DNA of 64,000 bases from Anaeramoeba ignava BMAN (Eukaryota; Protista; Anaeramoebae), in assembly GCA_028826165.1 (NCBI GenBank), contig JAPDFW010000065.1, forward strand, positions 62,001-126,000. The letters are read 5' to 3'. The notes beneath the pieces were generated by a model, which was not told where the DNA came from, searched no databases, and saw only the letters and a list, made by a program, of their open reading frames with translations. Made by a program: the position numbers and the translations under genes. How positions within the stretch are numbered: position 1 is the stretch's first letter; every line of letters begins with the position of its first letter. Below are positions 1-12,100 of this stretch, piece by piece.

Positions 1-379
1 TATTTTTGATTTTGATTATAATTTATTAATATTTAAATATTAATTAATAATAAATTTTATTTGATTTTTATTTTAATATTTTAATTAATGAATTTAAATT
101 TAATTATTATTAATTTCTATTTTCAATTTTTATTTTTATTTATTATATTAAAAATATTCAATTTTTTAAAATTTATTATTTTTTTTTTTGGATTATTTTT
201 TATTAATTAAATTTTTAATAAATATTTTAAATTAAAATTAAATTATTTAAAATTAAATTTGTTTCTTATTTATTATTTTAAAGAAATTAATTTGATTAAA
301 AGTAAATTAAAATTGAATTAAATTTTGAAAAAAAAAATTAAAAAAAAAAAGTTTGATTTTCTTATTATTAATTAATTTT

Positions 380-2227
380 TTAAATGAAATAAGATTCAAC
401 TTCATCAACAACCCATGAAGAATAAGAACCAGCTAAATAACTATAAGCTTCATTTGTTCCTTCTTTAATTCCATTAGGTAGATTATAACTATAACCAAAC
501 TGTGAATAACCAGGTTGTAAATTAGAAGATAAACAAAAATCATATCCATCACCAAATAATGGACCAACATCTGATCTAGAAAAAATTGCACGACCTTGTT
601 TATATGTAAACTTTTCAGGTATTCTATCCCCTTTATCATTTCTTAATGAAAAAATAAATGCACTTGAGTCATTAATTTCTCCTGAATAATTTGATTTAAA
701 TCCAACTTGAGTAAAACCTCCAAAAATAAAATTTTGTTTTGTTTTGATAATAACTAATGTTTTTCCTTTCCCATCAACTGCTTTATGCCAATTTTGAGAA
801 TTAAATCCATCTCTTTTTGCTGAAAATCCTTTTTTCATTTTAGAAAAAAAATCATTATCATTTATCCATTCTTGTAATTTCTTAACATATTCTTCTTCTG
901 TAATAATTCTTGTTTCTGAAAATTGAGGAAAATTCTTTTTGATTGGTTCCAATTTCTTTTCAAATTCCAAATATTTTTGATACTTTTCTTGATATCTATC
1001 AAAAACTTGTTTCATATCTTTATTTTCTTTATCTTTCTCTTCAACTTCTTTCTTCCATTTCTCTTCAATTTCTTTGTTTTTATCTTCAATTTCTTTGTTT
1101 TTATCTTCAATTTCTTTCTTCCATTTCTCTTCAATTTCAATTTTCATTTGTTGATTTTCTTTTTGATTCTTTTCAACTTCTTTCTTCCATTTATCTTCAA
1201 TTTCTTTGTTTTTATCTTCAATTTCTTTGTTTTTATCTTCAATTTCTTTGTTTTTATTTTCAATTTCTTTCTCTTTGTTTTCAACTTCTTTCTTCCATTT
1301 CTCTTTGTTTTCAATTTCCTTCTCTTTATCTTCAATTTCTTTTTGATTATCTTGAATAACTTTGTTTTGAATATCAACTAAAAAAGATTTAGGAAAAATA
1401 TCAAATTGTTTTAATTTATCAAAATCTTGTTTTGAAATTGAATCTTTATCAAATAATGAAAAAAAAGAATGAAATAATCTTTTCTTTTCAATTCCCTTTT
1501 CTTTTTCTTTTTCTTTTTCTTTCTTTCCTTTTAATCTTTGATTTCTTTTTTCAATCCAATTATTTAAAAATTGAAAAAAATCAAATTGAAAAATTTCTTT
1601 TTTTTCTTGTTTAAATTGAATAAATTTGATAATTTCTTCTTTAGTTAAATTGAATAAATTCTCATTATTTTTAATTTGGGAAAAATTTTGATTTATTAAT
1701 TCAAAACATTTTATTTCAATTTCATTTGAATTTGAATTTAAATTTCGATTTTGGAATAAAAATTGGAAAAAATTTGAATAATTAATTGAATTTAAAATTT
1801 TTTTTTGAATAATTTCTTTCAATAAATTTAATTTAAAATAAATTGAAATTTCCAATAATTGGAGAAGATTTTCTTGATTCTCAAAAGAAATATTTCCATA
1901 ATAAATATAACTCAAAATTGATTCCATTTCTTTTTTATTAAATTGATTTAAAGAAATAGAAAGAGATTCTTGCCTTAATGACTCATTAAAAAAAGGAGAT
2001 CTTGAAGATAAAATTGATTTATGAACTTTAATTTCAAAAGGATTTGATTTATTCTCAACAAAAATTGAAAAATCTTTAAATGAATTTCCATTTAAAAGGT
2101 TTGAATAATCTTTAATTAAATTTTTTGTTACTTTTTTTTCTAAATTTTTCATTTCATTTTCATTTTCATTTTGATTTTCATTTTGATTTGCATTTTGAAT
2201 TTGGTTATTATTATTATTATTATCCAT
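380..2227 (-). CDS. BTB/POZ + coiled-coil + TLDc domain protein (615 aa, intronless)
   Basis: N-terminal BTB (FKDFSIFV...VHKSILSSRSPFF...ILSYIYYG), central EIEDKNK coiled-coil repeats, C-terminal TLDc (AKRDGFNSQNWHKAVDGKGKTLVIIKT..IFGGF...AFIFSL...GPLFG). Confidence 0.9.
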   Translation of the reverse strand: MDNNNNNNQIQNANQNENQNENENEMKNLEKKVTKNLIKDYSNLLNGNSFKDFSIFVENKSNPFEIKVHKSILSSRSPFFNESLRQESLSISLNQFNKKEMESILSYIYYGNISFENQENLLQLLEISIYFKLNLLKEIIQKKILNSINYSNFFQFLFQNRNLNSNSNEIEIKCFELINQNFSQIKNNENLFNLTKEEIIKFIQFKQEKKEIFQFDFFQFLNNWIEKRNQRLKGKKEKEKEKEKGIEKKRLFHSFFSLFDKDSISKQDFDKLKQFDIFPKSFLVDIQNKVIQDNQKEIEDKEKEIENKEKWKKEVENKEKEIENKNKEIEDKNKEIEDKNKEIEDKWKKEVEKNQKENQQMKIEIEEKWKKEIEDKNKEIEDKNKEIEEKWKKEVEEKDKENKDMKQVFDRYQEKYQKYLEFEKKLEPIKKNFPQFSETRIITEEEYVKKLQEWINDNDFFSKMKKGFSAKRDGFNSQNWHKAVDGKGKTLVIIKTKQNFIFGGFTQVGFKSNYSGEINDSSAFIFSLRNDKGDRIPEKFTYKQGRAIFSRSDVGPLFGDGYDFCLSSNLQPGYSQFGYSYNLPNGIKEGTNEAYSYLAGSYSSWVVDEVESYFI

Positions 2228-2620
2228 TTTGTTTTTTGTGTTTTTTGTTTTTGTTTTTTGTTTATTAAAAAAAAAGGAAAAATGAAAAAAAATTTAAATA
2301 AAAAAATGAATAAAAAGTGGATTTTGAAAATGAATAAAAATATAAAAATAAGAATAAATTTAAATTAATAATTAATTTAATTTTCTTTTTAATTTATTAT
2401 TTTAAATTAATTTATTAATAAATTATTATTATTTTTTATTAATTTTTTTTATTAAAAAAAAAGGAAAATTATTTTAATTTAATTTTTAATTTAATTTTTT
2501 TTTTTGGAATTTAAAAATTATTAATAAATTTAAATTTTAAAACAAATTTCCAAATTAATATTAATTCAATTTAATTCAAAAAGATAAAAAATTTTAATTT
2601 CAAAAAATCAATTTTCAAAA

Positions 2621-3617
2621 TATTTTTAAATAATAAAATATTTAAATCTAAAAACATTAAATTAATATTTTAATAATAAAATTAAATATTAAATTATATT
2701 TTTAAATTAATTTATAAATTAAATATTAAATTAAATCTATTTTCATTTTTTATATTTATATGTTAAATATTTAAATAATAAAATATTTAAATCTAAAACA
2801 ATAAATTATTATTTTAAACATGAAATTAATTATTAAATTATATTTTTAAATTAATTTATAAATTAAATATTAAATTAAATCTATTTTCATTTTTTATATT
2901 TATATGTTAAATATTTTTAAATAATAAAATATTTAAATATAAAACATTAAATTATTATTTTAATAATAAAATTAAATATTAAATTATATTTTCAAATTAA
3001 TTTATAAATTAAATACTAAATTAAACTTATTCTCATTTTTATATTTATATGTTAAATATTTAAATAATAAAATATTTAAATCTAAAACATTAAATTATTG
3101 TTTTAATAATAAAATTAACTATTAAATTATATTTTTAAATTAATTTATAAATTAAATATTAAATTAAATCTATTTTTGTTTTTCTATATTTATATGTTAA
3201 ATATTTAAATAATAAAATATTTAAATTTAAAACAATAAATTATTATTTTAAACATAGAATTAAATATTAAATTATATTTTTAAATTGATTTATAAATTAA
3301 ATATTAAATTAAATCAATTCTCATTCTTTATATTTTTATGTTAAATATTTTTAAATAATAAAATATTTGAATCTAAAACAATAAATTATTATTTTAAACA
3401 TAAAATTAAATATTAAATTATATTTTTAAATTAATTTATAAATTAAATATTAAATTAAATCTATTCTTATTTTTTATATTTATATGTTAAATATCTAAAT
3501 AATAAAATATTTAAATCTAAAACATTAAATTATTATTTTAATAATAAAATTAAATATTAAATTATATTTTTAAATTAATTTATTAATTAAATATTAAATT
3601 AAATCAATTCTCATTTT
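2621..3617. repeat. Tandem repeat with a ~143-146 bp unit, about 7 copies
   Basis: The marker aaatCtaaaaca (or one-base variants) recurs at about 2648, 2793, 2939, 3082, 3227, 3373 and 3517. Other motifs such as tatgttaaatat recur with the same period. Confidence 0.9.
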
Positions 3618-3619
3618 CT

Positions 3620-5414
3620 TTATTGATTTTGATTATTAAATTTATTAATTAATAAATCAAATAAATTTGGATTTGTTTGATTTAATTGAAAATAATCAAT
3701 TCCAATTTTAATTTCATCAATTATTTCTTGTGTAATTTCAATTCCATCTTTAATTTGATTTGAATAAATCCAATATTCAAATATTTGAAATGATTCATCA
3801 CTTAATTCACTATAATCTGTAACTTTATTAGATTTATCTTCTGTAACAGATAAAAACATTCCTCGATATAATTCACTTCTCATTATTAATATTAATTTTG
3901 GAAATTTATATTGTTTTTCTTTTTTTTCAATAATAAAATCTTTTTCATTTTCATTTTCATTTTCATTTAAATAAATTCTTTTCATTGTTTCTTCTAATTT
4001 TTCATTTGAATTTATAATTTCTTTAATTTCAGAATATAATTTTGGATTTATTATTTTGTTTGAATAAATCATTTCAAATATTTGATTTGATTCTTTAATT
4101 GATTTCTTTGAAATAATTTCTTGAAGTTTTTCAATTTGATTTTCATTTTGTTTTAATCTATATTTCAATATTAATTTATGAGCTTCAATTATTTCTCCAT
4201 TTTCGGTTTTAAATGAAATATCACAAAATTCTTTTCTTTCCAAATAATTTTATCAAATCTTCTTCAAGATTGGAAAAAGAAGAAAGGAAAGGAGAATAAT
4301 AAAGAAATGATTTTTGAAATCCACAAGAAAAATGATAATTAGAAATATCTTCATTAAATCTTAATTTAGGAAGTTCAATTTGAATTGGAATTAATTGATC
4401 TTTTTCTGTATTTCCAGTTCCTAATTCACCATATCTGTTACTCCCAAATCCTATTAATTTTGAATTTGATGTTAAAATCAAAGTATGATCATTTCCAACA
4501 GAAATTTCAAGAATATTATCATCATTTTCAAATAAAGATGATTTGATTTCAGTAAATTTATAAGTATTTTCATTTTTGCCAAGTCCATTATATTGATAAT
4601 ATCCACATGAATAAAGTTTTCTTTTTGGATTTTCAATCAGCATTATTGAATGATAATATCCAGATTTAATATCAATTATTTTACCTTTTGGAATATTTTG
4701 GATTTTGGTTAATTTTTGGATTTTTTTTTCTTGTTTTCTTGATTCTCCTAATCCAAGTTGACCATAATAATTCCAACCGCATCCAAATAATTCTTGATTT
4801 GAATTTAAAAGAAAAACATGTTTTGAATAAATTCCTGAAAATATTTTAGAAACATTTTTCATCATTAAAATTGGTTTTTTTGTTTCTTTAAGTGTTATAG
4901 AATCAAAACCAAGTTGACCATATTCATTTGAAACAATTCCGTAAACATTTTGATTTGAAGTTAATAAGTAAATTGAATCAGCTCCAGAAACAATATCTTG
5001 AATTATTCTATCATTTTGTATCTTCAATTAATGATGAAATATTGATAAATTTATATAGAATGTTGAAATAAATATTATATTCTTTGGCAAATACATTTCC
5101 TTCTTTTGTTAAAATAGTTTCATTTCGATAACCAATAGTTACTTTTTGAATATTTTCAATTTGAATTTTTCAGGTTTTCGATTTAAATCTTTTAAATATT
5201 CTATTGCTTTTCCATTTTCAAAAAGGAAAGTTGTTGAAAAATTTCCTGTTGCAATTTGTTTAATTTGTTTTTCATTTTCATTTTCATTTTCATTTTCATT
5301 TTCATTTTCATTTTCAAATTCAAATTTAAATTGAATTGGTTTTGTTATTTTATCTGGTTCATTTTTGATAAGAATTGGGAATTGATTTAAACCAAAAAAT
5401 AAACAATCATTCAT
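3620..5414 (-). pseudogene. RCC1-repeat + BTB protein broken by about 3 frameshifts (pseudogene or assembly indels)
   Basis: RCC1 repeats (GWNYYGQLGLG, GSNRYGELGTG, ISVGNDHTLIL) are followed by BTB motifs (FCDISFK...AHKLIL; RSELYRGMFLSV). Single-base frame changes occur near 5165, 5015 and 4240. Confidence 0.75.
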
Positions 5415-5653
5415 TTTTAAAAAGAAAAAAAATGAAAAATGAAAAATGATTTTTTTAATTTGGATTTTAATTTTAATTTTAATTTGAATTTTAATTTTAA
5501 TTTTAATTTTTGAATTTTAATTTTAAATTTAATTTTAAATTTAATTTTAATTTGAATTTGAATTTTTAATTTTAATTTTGATTTGAATTTGGATTTGGAT
5601 TTTAATTTGAATTTGATTTTGATTTTAATTTTAATTTGAATTTTGATTGATAT

Positions 5654-6061
5654 TTATTTGCGATAAGGAGCAATTTCAATAACTAAATCAACTGCATCAG
5701 AATTCATAATTAAACCACAAGCAAGACGAGAATTTTGTTTAAGATCTTTAGCAACAGAAAGACAATCTTTCTCATCATCTTCAGCAGGCAATAATTTACT
5801 AAATTTATCTGGTTGAACATAAACATGGCAATCACCACAAGCAAAACCACCATTGCAGCTATGATGAATTGATTCAATTCCTTTTTCTAAAACAATATCA
5901 AGTAAAGAATTTTCTTCTTCTGGATCAAATTCAATTTCCGTTTTATTTCCTTTTGTATCAATAAGTGTAAATTTGCTTATAAATCGGTTTATTGTTGAAC
6001 TTGTAATTGTTTTTTCAAGTGTTTTTTGTGTAAGTGATTTAGAAAATGCAAAAGAAAACAT
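5654..6061 (-). CDS. [2Fe-2S] ferredoxin, adrenodoxin/hydrogenosomal type, with N-terminal targeting peptide (135 aa)
   Basis: C-x5-C-x2-C motif (CNGGFACGDC), HVYV, and SRLAC. True ATG at 6061 (MFSFAFSKSL...NRF). Confidence 0.92.
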   Translation of the reverse strand: MFSFAFSKSLTQKTLEKTITSSTINRFISKFTLIDTKGNKTEIEFDPEEENSLLDIVLEKGIESIHHSCNGGFACGDCHVYVQPDKFSKLLPAEDDEKDCLSVAKDLKQNSRLACGLIMNSDAVDLVIEIAPYRK

Positions 6062-6226
6062 TTTGAAAAATGAAAAAATGAAAAAAAAATGAAAAATGAA
6101 AAAATGAAAAAAAAAATTTTTTGCTTTATGAAAATTTGGGTATTTTTTTTTATTATAATCAAAAAGAAAAAAAATTCGAAAATTCAAAAAATTAATCTTT
6201 GTAAAAAAAAATACAAAGAATTTGGA

Positions 6227-8931
6227 TCATTTCTGTTTTGAATCGCCTGACGGTTTTTTTTGTTTATTTGCAATAGGAGAATAATAAAGAGGAATGGAGG
6301 GAAAAGGCATTAAAGGGGGAGAAAAACCAAGTAAATTATCTGAAGCTTGAGGATTCATATTTGGAGTTAAAATTGGAGAAAGATTTGCAGCAAAGGGATG
6401 ATCCGAAGAAATTTGGGCATTATAACTTGGAAAAACGGGCGATAAATTGAGTCCAAAAGGTTGTAAATGAGATGGTTCATTTTGTTGATTTGCAATACTT
6501 CCGAGAAATTTTGCGGCAGTTATCGTGTCGTCATCACTAACAAATTCACTGTTTTCTTCATTAAATAGAAATTTTTTTGGAACATCAGAAACACCAAAAT
6601 CTGTTGATTGCTGTTGAAATTGTCCCCAATCACTAAGTCCTTGAGATCGCTTTTTATTGTCGTAATCTTCATAGAGCTTGTTGTCTTCCTGTTGGAATAA
6701 ATGGAGTAAATCCTGAATATTTGGTGATGGACTTATTTGTGATCTTGTTTGATCAAAATGTTGATCAAGAAAGTTTTTTTGGTTCTCGTTTGCATTGATT
6801 CGAGAAAGCTCTTCGTCTTCTCCAAAATTATAATGCATTTCTTTTGGATATCTTGGTGATATCGATGTATTTAAGAAATTTGGTGTAAATTTTGAGTTGG
6901 ATAGTTCATTTACTTGTTCATTCATTTGATTTATTTCTTCATTGATTTCATGGATTTCTTCCGTTATTTTTTGATACGATTTTGGAGCCACTTTTTTATT
7001 TATTTTTTCATTGGCTTTCTTATTCAATTTTTGTTTTCCTTTTTGATTTTTTATTTTGTTTCTTGTATTTTTATTTCTTGTATTTTTGTTGTTTTTTATT
7101 TTTATCTTGTATTTATCTTGGAAATTATCACTCGGAAAATTTTGGAAGTTATTTTCTTCAAAATCTTGATATTGAGATTTTTGGATTTGTTGAATTTCTT
7201 GCAGTTTTTGATTTGGTGTTTCATCTCCATTTGTAAAATAAGGAAAAGGACTGAAATTGACAAAATCAAAAAGATTTTGATTTGGATTCTGATTTTGAAT
7301 TTCATTTTGAATTTCATTTTGATTTTGAATTTGATTTTGGATTTGATTTTGAATTTTCATTTTGATTTGATTTTGAATTTCATTTTGAATTTCATTTTGA
7401 ATTGGATTTTGGATTTCATTTTGAATTGGATTTTGGGATTGAATTTGAATTTGGTTTTTATGTTTATTTTTATTTTTATTTTCATTTTCATTTCCATTTT
7501 GATTTTGATTTTTATTTTTATTTTTATTTTTATTTTGAATATGGTTTTGTGATAAATGATTTTTTCTTTTTGAATTCTTTTGTTTATTTGAAATTTTTCT
7601 TTGAATTTTCTTTCCGCTTTTTTCATCATTTATTTTTTTTCTGGTTTTCTTTTCTTTTTGTGTTTTCCTTTTAGGTTTAGAGGAACTCGATGCTTGATAG
7701 TGTTGAAATTGTGTAAGTTTCTTTAATTTCAAAATGAAATTTTCTGATCTATTAATGAATAAACTTTTTTGATTTTGATCTTTAAGCATTTCCAAAATGT
7801 ATTTAAATTGCAAGAGAATTTTTTGGATAACTTCTCTTTTTTTAGCACGAATTTGTAAAATTTTTAAAACATGTGATTTTATTTCTAAAAATGCAACTGA
7901 TTGAATAGGATCTAATACAAGTTGTCCTCCTCGGTTTTCCTTTTGAGGTTCTTTTACAAGTCCTATTCCTTTATAAATTGAAAGAACAGTGCATATTCTT
8001 TGTCTAGCAAATCCTGTTACTCTTGCAAGTTCATCTCGAGTTTTTTCACCTAATAAAAAAAAATCATAATAATAATAATAATTATAATTGGAATATTCAA
8101 AAAAAATTGTTTTGAATTCTTTTAGTATTTTGTAAAATAAAATCTTAGCTTACCTGGTACTAATTGATCAATAGTTAAAAAGCCTAGCATTCCAATAGTT
8201 CTTGTGGCTCTTGCTTGTTTCATTCTTGATTGTGTTTTTTTTGATTTTGATTTTGATTTTTGTTTTGATTTTTGATCTGAATTTAGATTTTGATTTTGAT
8301 TTTGATTTTGATTTTGATTTTGATTTTGAATTTGATTTTGAATTTGATTTTGATTTTGAATTTGATTTATATTTTGATTTTGAATTTCATTTTGATTTTG
8401 ATTTTGAATTTGATTTATATTTAGATTTATATTTTGATTTTGAATTTCATTTTGATTTTGATTTTGAAATGGATTTTGAATTTCATTTTCATTTGGAAAT
8501 TGAAATGGATTTTGAATTTCATTTTCATTTTCATTTGAAAATTGAAATGGATTTTGGAATGGATTCTGAAATTCATTTATATTTTCTTTTTCTTGTAAAA
8601 AATTTCGAGAATTAAGTTTGATTTTTGAAATTAATTGTAAATTTGAAAGATTTTTTTTATAATTTTTAATTTTGGAAAGAATAATTCTCCAATTTTTATT
8701 TGTATAAAAAGTATTTGTTTCTGGAATTTCATCTAAAATTCCATTTTGAAGACAAATTTGAAAAATTTCTTCAAACCACTTTTCGTTTTTACAAATGAAT
8801 TGAATAAAAATATCTTTTGCTTCTTCTGAAGTAAATTCTGCACTTTCATCATAATTTTCAAATATTTTTTGAATATAAACCATTGCCAAAGTATAAAAAT
8901 CAATTTGTTTTATTTGAATTGAATTTTCCAT
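6227..8931 (-). CDS. Divergent E2F/DP-like winged-helix protein (2 exons: 8931-8154, 8049-6227; ~866 aa)
   Basis: GT-AG intron 8153-8050 joins the two ORFs in frame, giving RTIGMLGFLTIDQLVPGEKTRDELARVTGFARQRICTVLSIYKGIGLVKE. This resembles the E2F DNA-binding domain and is followed by a helical segment and a long N/Q/S/P-rich tail. Confidence 0.6.
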
Positions 8932-9161
8932 TTTTACAAATTAATTTTTTTATAATTTATTTTATTATTTTATTATTTTTATTATTTTATTATTTTTATT
9001 ATTTTTAAGTTAAGAAAAAAAAAATGAAAAAAAAATGAAAAATAAAAAATTAAAAAAAATTTTTTTCTTCTTTTTATTTTTTTTTTTGATTTAAAAAAAT
9101 TTTTTTTTCTCCTTTTTAATTTCATTTTTTTTTTAATTAAAAAAACAAAAAAAAAAATAGA

Positions 9162-12100
9162 ATGAACCTTTATCATTTAACAATACATCCACCAACAGCA
9201 ATTACACATTGTATTTGTGGATGTTTTCGTTCTTTTCAAAACACAGAGCTTTTAGTTTCACATGGAAATGTTTTAGAATTATTATTTATTGAAGAAAAAA
9301 AATTACAAACTTTAATCACAATGAATATTTTTGGTTCAATTCGTTCTTTATCAAAAATAACTGCTCCTTCTTTTAATAAGGATCTTATTGCTGTACTTAC
9401 TGATAGTGGAACTTTTTCTATTTTAGAATATGTTTATGAAGACAAACAATTTAAATCTATTTTTAAAGAAAATAAATGGATACTTGATAATCCAAGATTT
9501 ATTCCCTCTCATTTTTTGGCAATAAATTCATTGGGAACAAATGCAGTTATTGGTACAAATTTAAAATTCAAGATGAAAATTAAATTTACAATTCAATTAA
9601 AAATTCAATTCAAAATTTAAAATCAAATTCAAAATTCAAAATTCAAAATTAAATTCAATATTATATTCAAAATTCAAAATTAAATTCAAAATTCAATTCA
9701 AAATTAAATTCAAAATTAAATTCAATTCAAAATTTAAAATCAAATTTAAAATTCAAAATTCAAAATTTTAAATTTAAAATTCAATTCAAAATTCAATTCA
9801 ATATTAAATTCAAAATTAAATTCAAAATTAAATTCAAAATTAAATTTAAAATTCAATTCAAATTCAAAATTAAATTCAAAATTCAAAATTAAATTCAAAA
9901 TTAAACTCAAAATTAAATTTAAAATTAAATTCAAAATTAAATTCAAAATTCAATTCAAAATTAAATTCAAAATTAAATTCAAAATTATATTCAAAATTAA
10001 ATTCAAAATTAAATTTAAAATTAAAAATTAAATTCAAAATTCAATTCAAAATTCAATTCAAAATTCAAAATTAAATTCAAAATTAAATTCAAAATTAAAT
10101 TCAAAATTCAAAATTATATTCAAAATTAAATTCAAAATTAAATTTAAAATTAAAAATTAAATTCAAAATTAAATTCAAAATTAAATTCAAAATTATATTC
10201 AAAATTTAAAATCAAATTTAAAATTCAAAATTAAATTCAATTCAAAATTTAAAATCAAATTTAAAATTCAAAATTAAATTCAAAATTAAATTCAATATTA
10301 AATTCAAAATTAAATTCAAAATTAAATTCAAAATTAAATTCAAAATTAAATTCAAAATTAAATTCAAAATTAAATTAAATATTAAATTCAAAATTCAAAA
10401 TCAAATTCAAAATTCAAAATCAAAATTCAAAATTAAATTCAAAATTAAATTCAAAATTAAATTCAAAATTAAATTCAAAATTCAAAATTCAATTCAATAT
10501 TAAATTCAAAATTAAATTTAAAATTAAATTCAAAATTAAATTCAAAATTAAATTCAAAATTCAAAATCAATATTAAATTCAAAATTAAATTTAAAATTAA
10601 ATTAAAAATTAAATTAAAAATTAAATTCAAAATTAAATTCAAAATTCAAAATCAATATTAAATTCAAAATTAAATTTAAAATTAAATTCAAAATTAAATT
10701 CAAAATTAAATTCAAAATTAAAATCAAATTCAATATTAAATTCAAAATTAAATTTAAAATTAAATTAAAAATTAAATTCAAAATTAAATTCAAAATTAAA
10801 TTTAAAATTAAATTTAAAATTAAATTTAAAATTAAATTCAAAATTAAATTCAAAAATTTAAAATCAAATTCAAAATTAAATTCAATATTAAATTCAAAAT
10901 TAAATTCAATATTAAATTCAAAATTAAATTCAAAATTAAATTCAAAATTAAATTCAAAATTAAATTTAATATTAAATTCAAAATTAAATTTAAAATTCAA
11001 AATTAAATTCAAAATTAAATTCAAAATTCAAAATTAAATTCAAAATTAAATTCAAAATTAAATTCAAAATTAAATTCAAAATCAAATTCAAAATTAAATT
11101 CAAAATTAAATTCAAAATTAAATTCAATTCAAAATTCAATTCAAAATTAAATTCAAAATTAAATTCAAAATTAAATTCAAAATCAAATTCAAAATTAAAT
11201 TCAAAATTAAATTTAAAATTCAAAATTAAATTCAAAATTAAATTCAAAATTAAATTCAAAATTAAATTCAAAATTAAATTCAAAATTAAATTCAAAATTA
11301 AATTCAAAATTCAATTCAAAATTAAATTTAAAATTAAATTCAAAATTAAATTCAAAATTAAATTTAAAATTCAACTCAAAATTAAATTCAAAATCAAATT
11401 CAAAATTAAATTCAAAATTTTAAATTCAATTCAATATTAAATTCAAAATCAAATTTAAAATTCAAAATTAAATTCAAAATTCCAAATTCAAAATTAAATT
11501 CAAAATTAAATTCAAAATTAAATTAAATTCAAAATCAATTCAAAATTAAATTCAAAATTAAATTCAAAATTCAATTCAAAATTAAATTCAAAATTAAATT
11601 CAAAATTAAATTCAAAATTAAATTTAAAAATTAAATTCAAAATTAAATTCAAAATTAAATTCAAAATTCAAAATTAAATTCAAAATTAAATTCAAAATTA
11701 AATTCAAAATTAAATTCAAAATTAAATTCAAAATTAAATTCAAAATTAAATTCAAAATTTAAAAAAATTCAAAATTAAATTCAAAATTAAATTCAAAAAT
11801 TAAATTCAAAATTAAATTCAAAATTAAATTCAAAATTAAATTCAAAATTAAATTCAAAAATCAAAATTAAATTCAAAAATTAAAATTAAATTCAAAATTA
11901 AATTCAAAATTAAATTCAAAATTAAATTAAAAATTAAATTCAAAATTAAATTAAAAATTAAATTCAAAATTCAAAATTAAAAATTAAATTCAAAATTCAA
12001 AATTCAAAATTAAATTAGGTGCTGTTCAAAAAAATATTGTTTTATATTCTTTAGAACAAAAACAAAAACAAATTTCTGTCTCAAAATCACAACAACAAGA

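Noticed and set aside
923-1614. Hydrophobic Phe/Leu-rich + strand ORFs (also 6914-7674, 57410-57811, 62519-63693)
   Set aside because: Antisense shadows of Lys/Glu/Asn-rich coding repeats on the opposite strand.
2621-3617. Possible CRISPR-like array (also 58212-58775)
   Set aside because: Units are contiguous degenerate repeats without unique spacers, there are no cas genes, and the context is eukaryotic.
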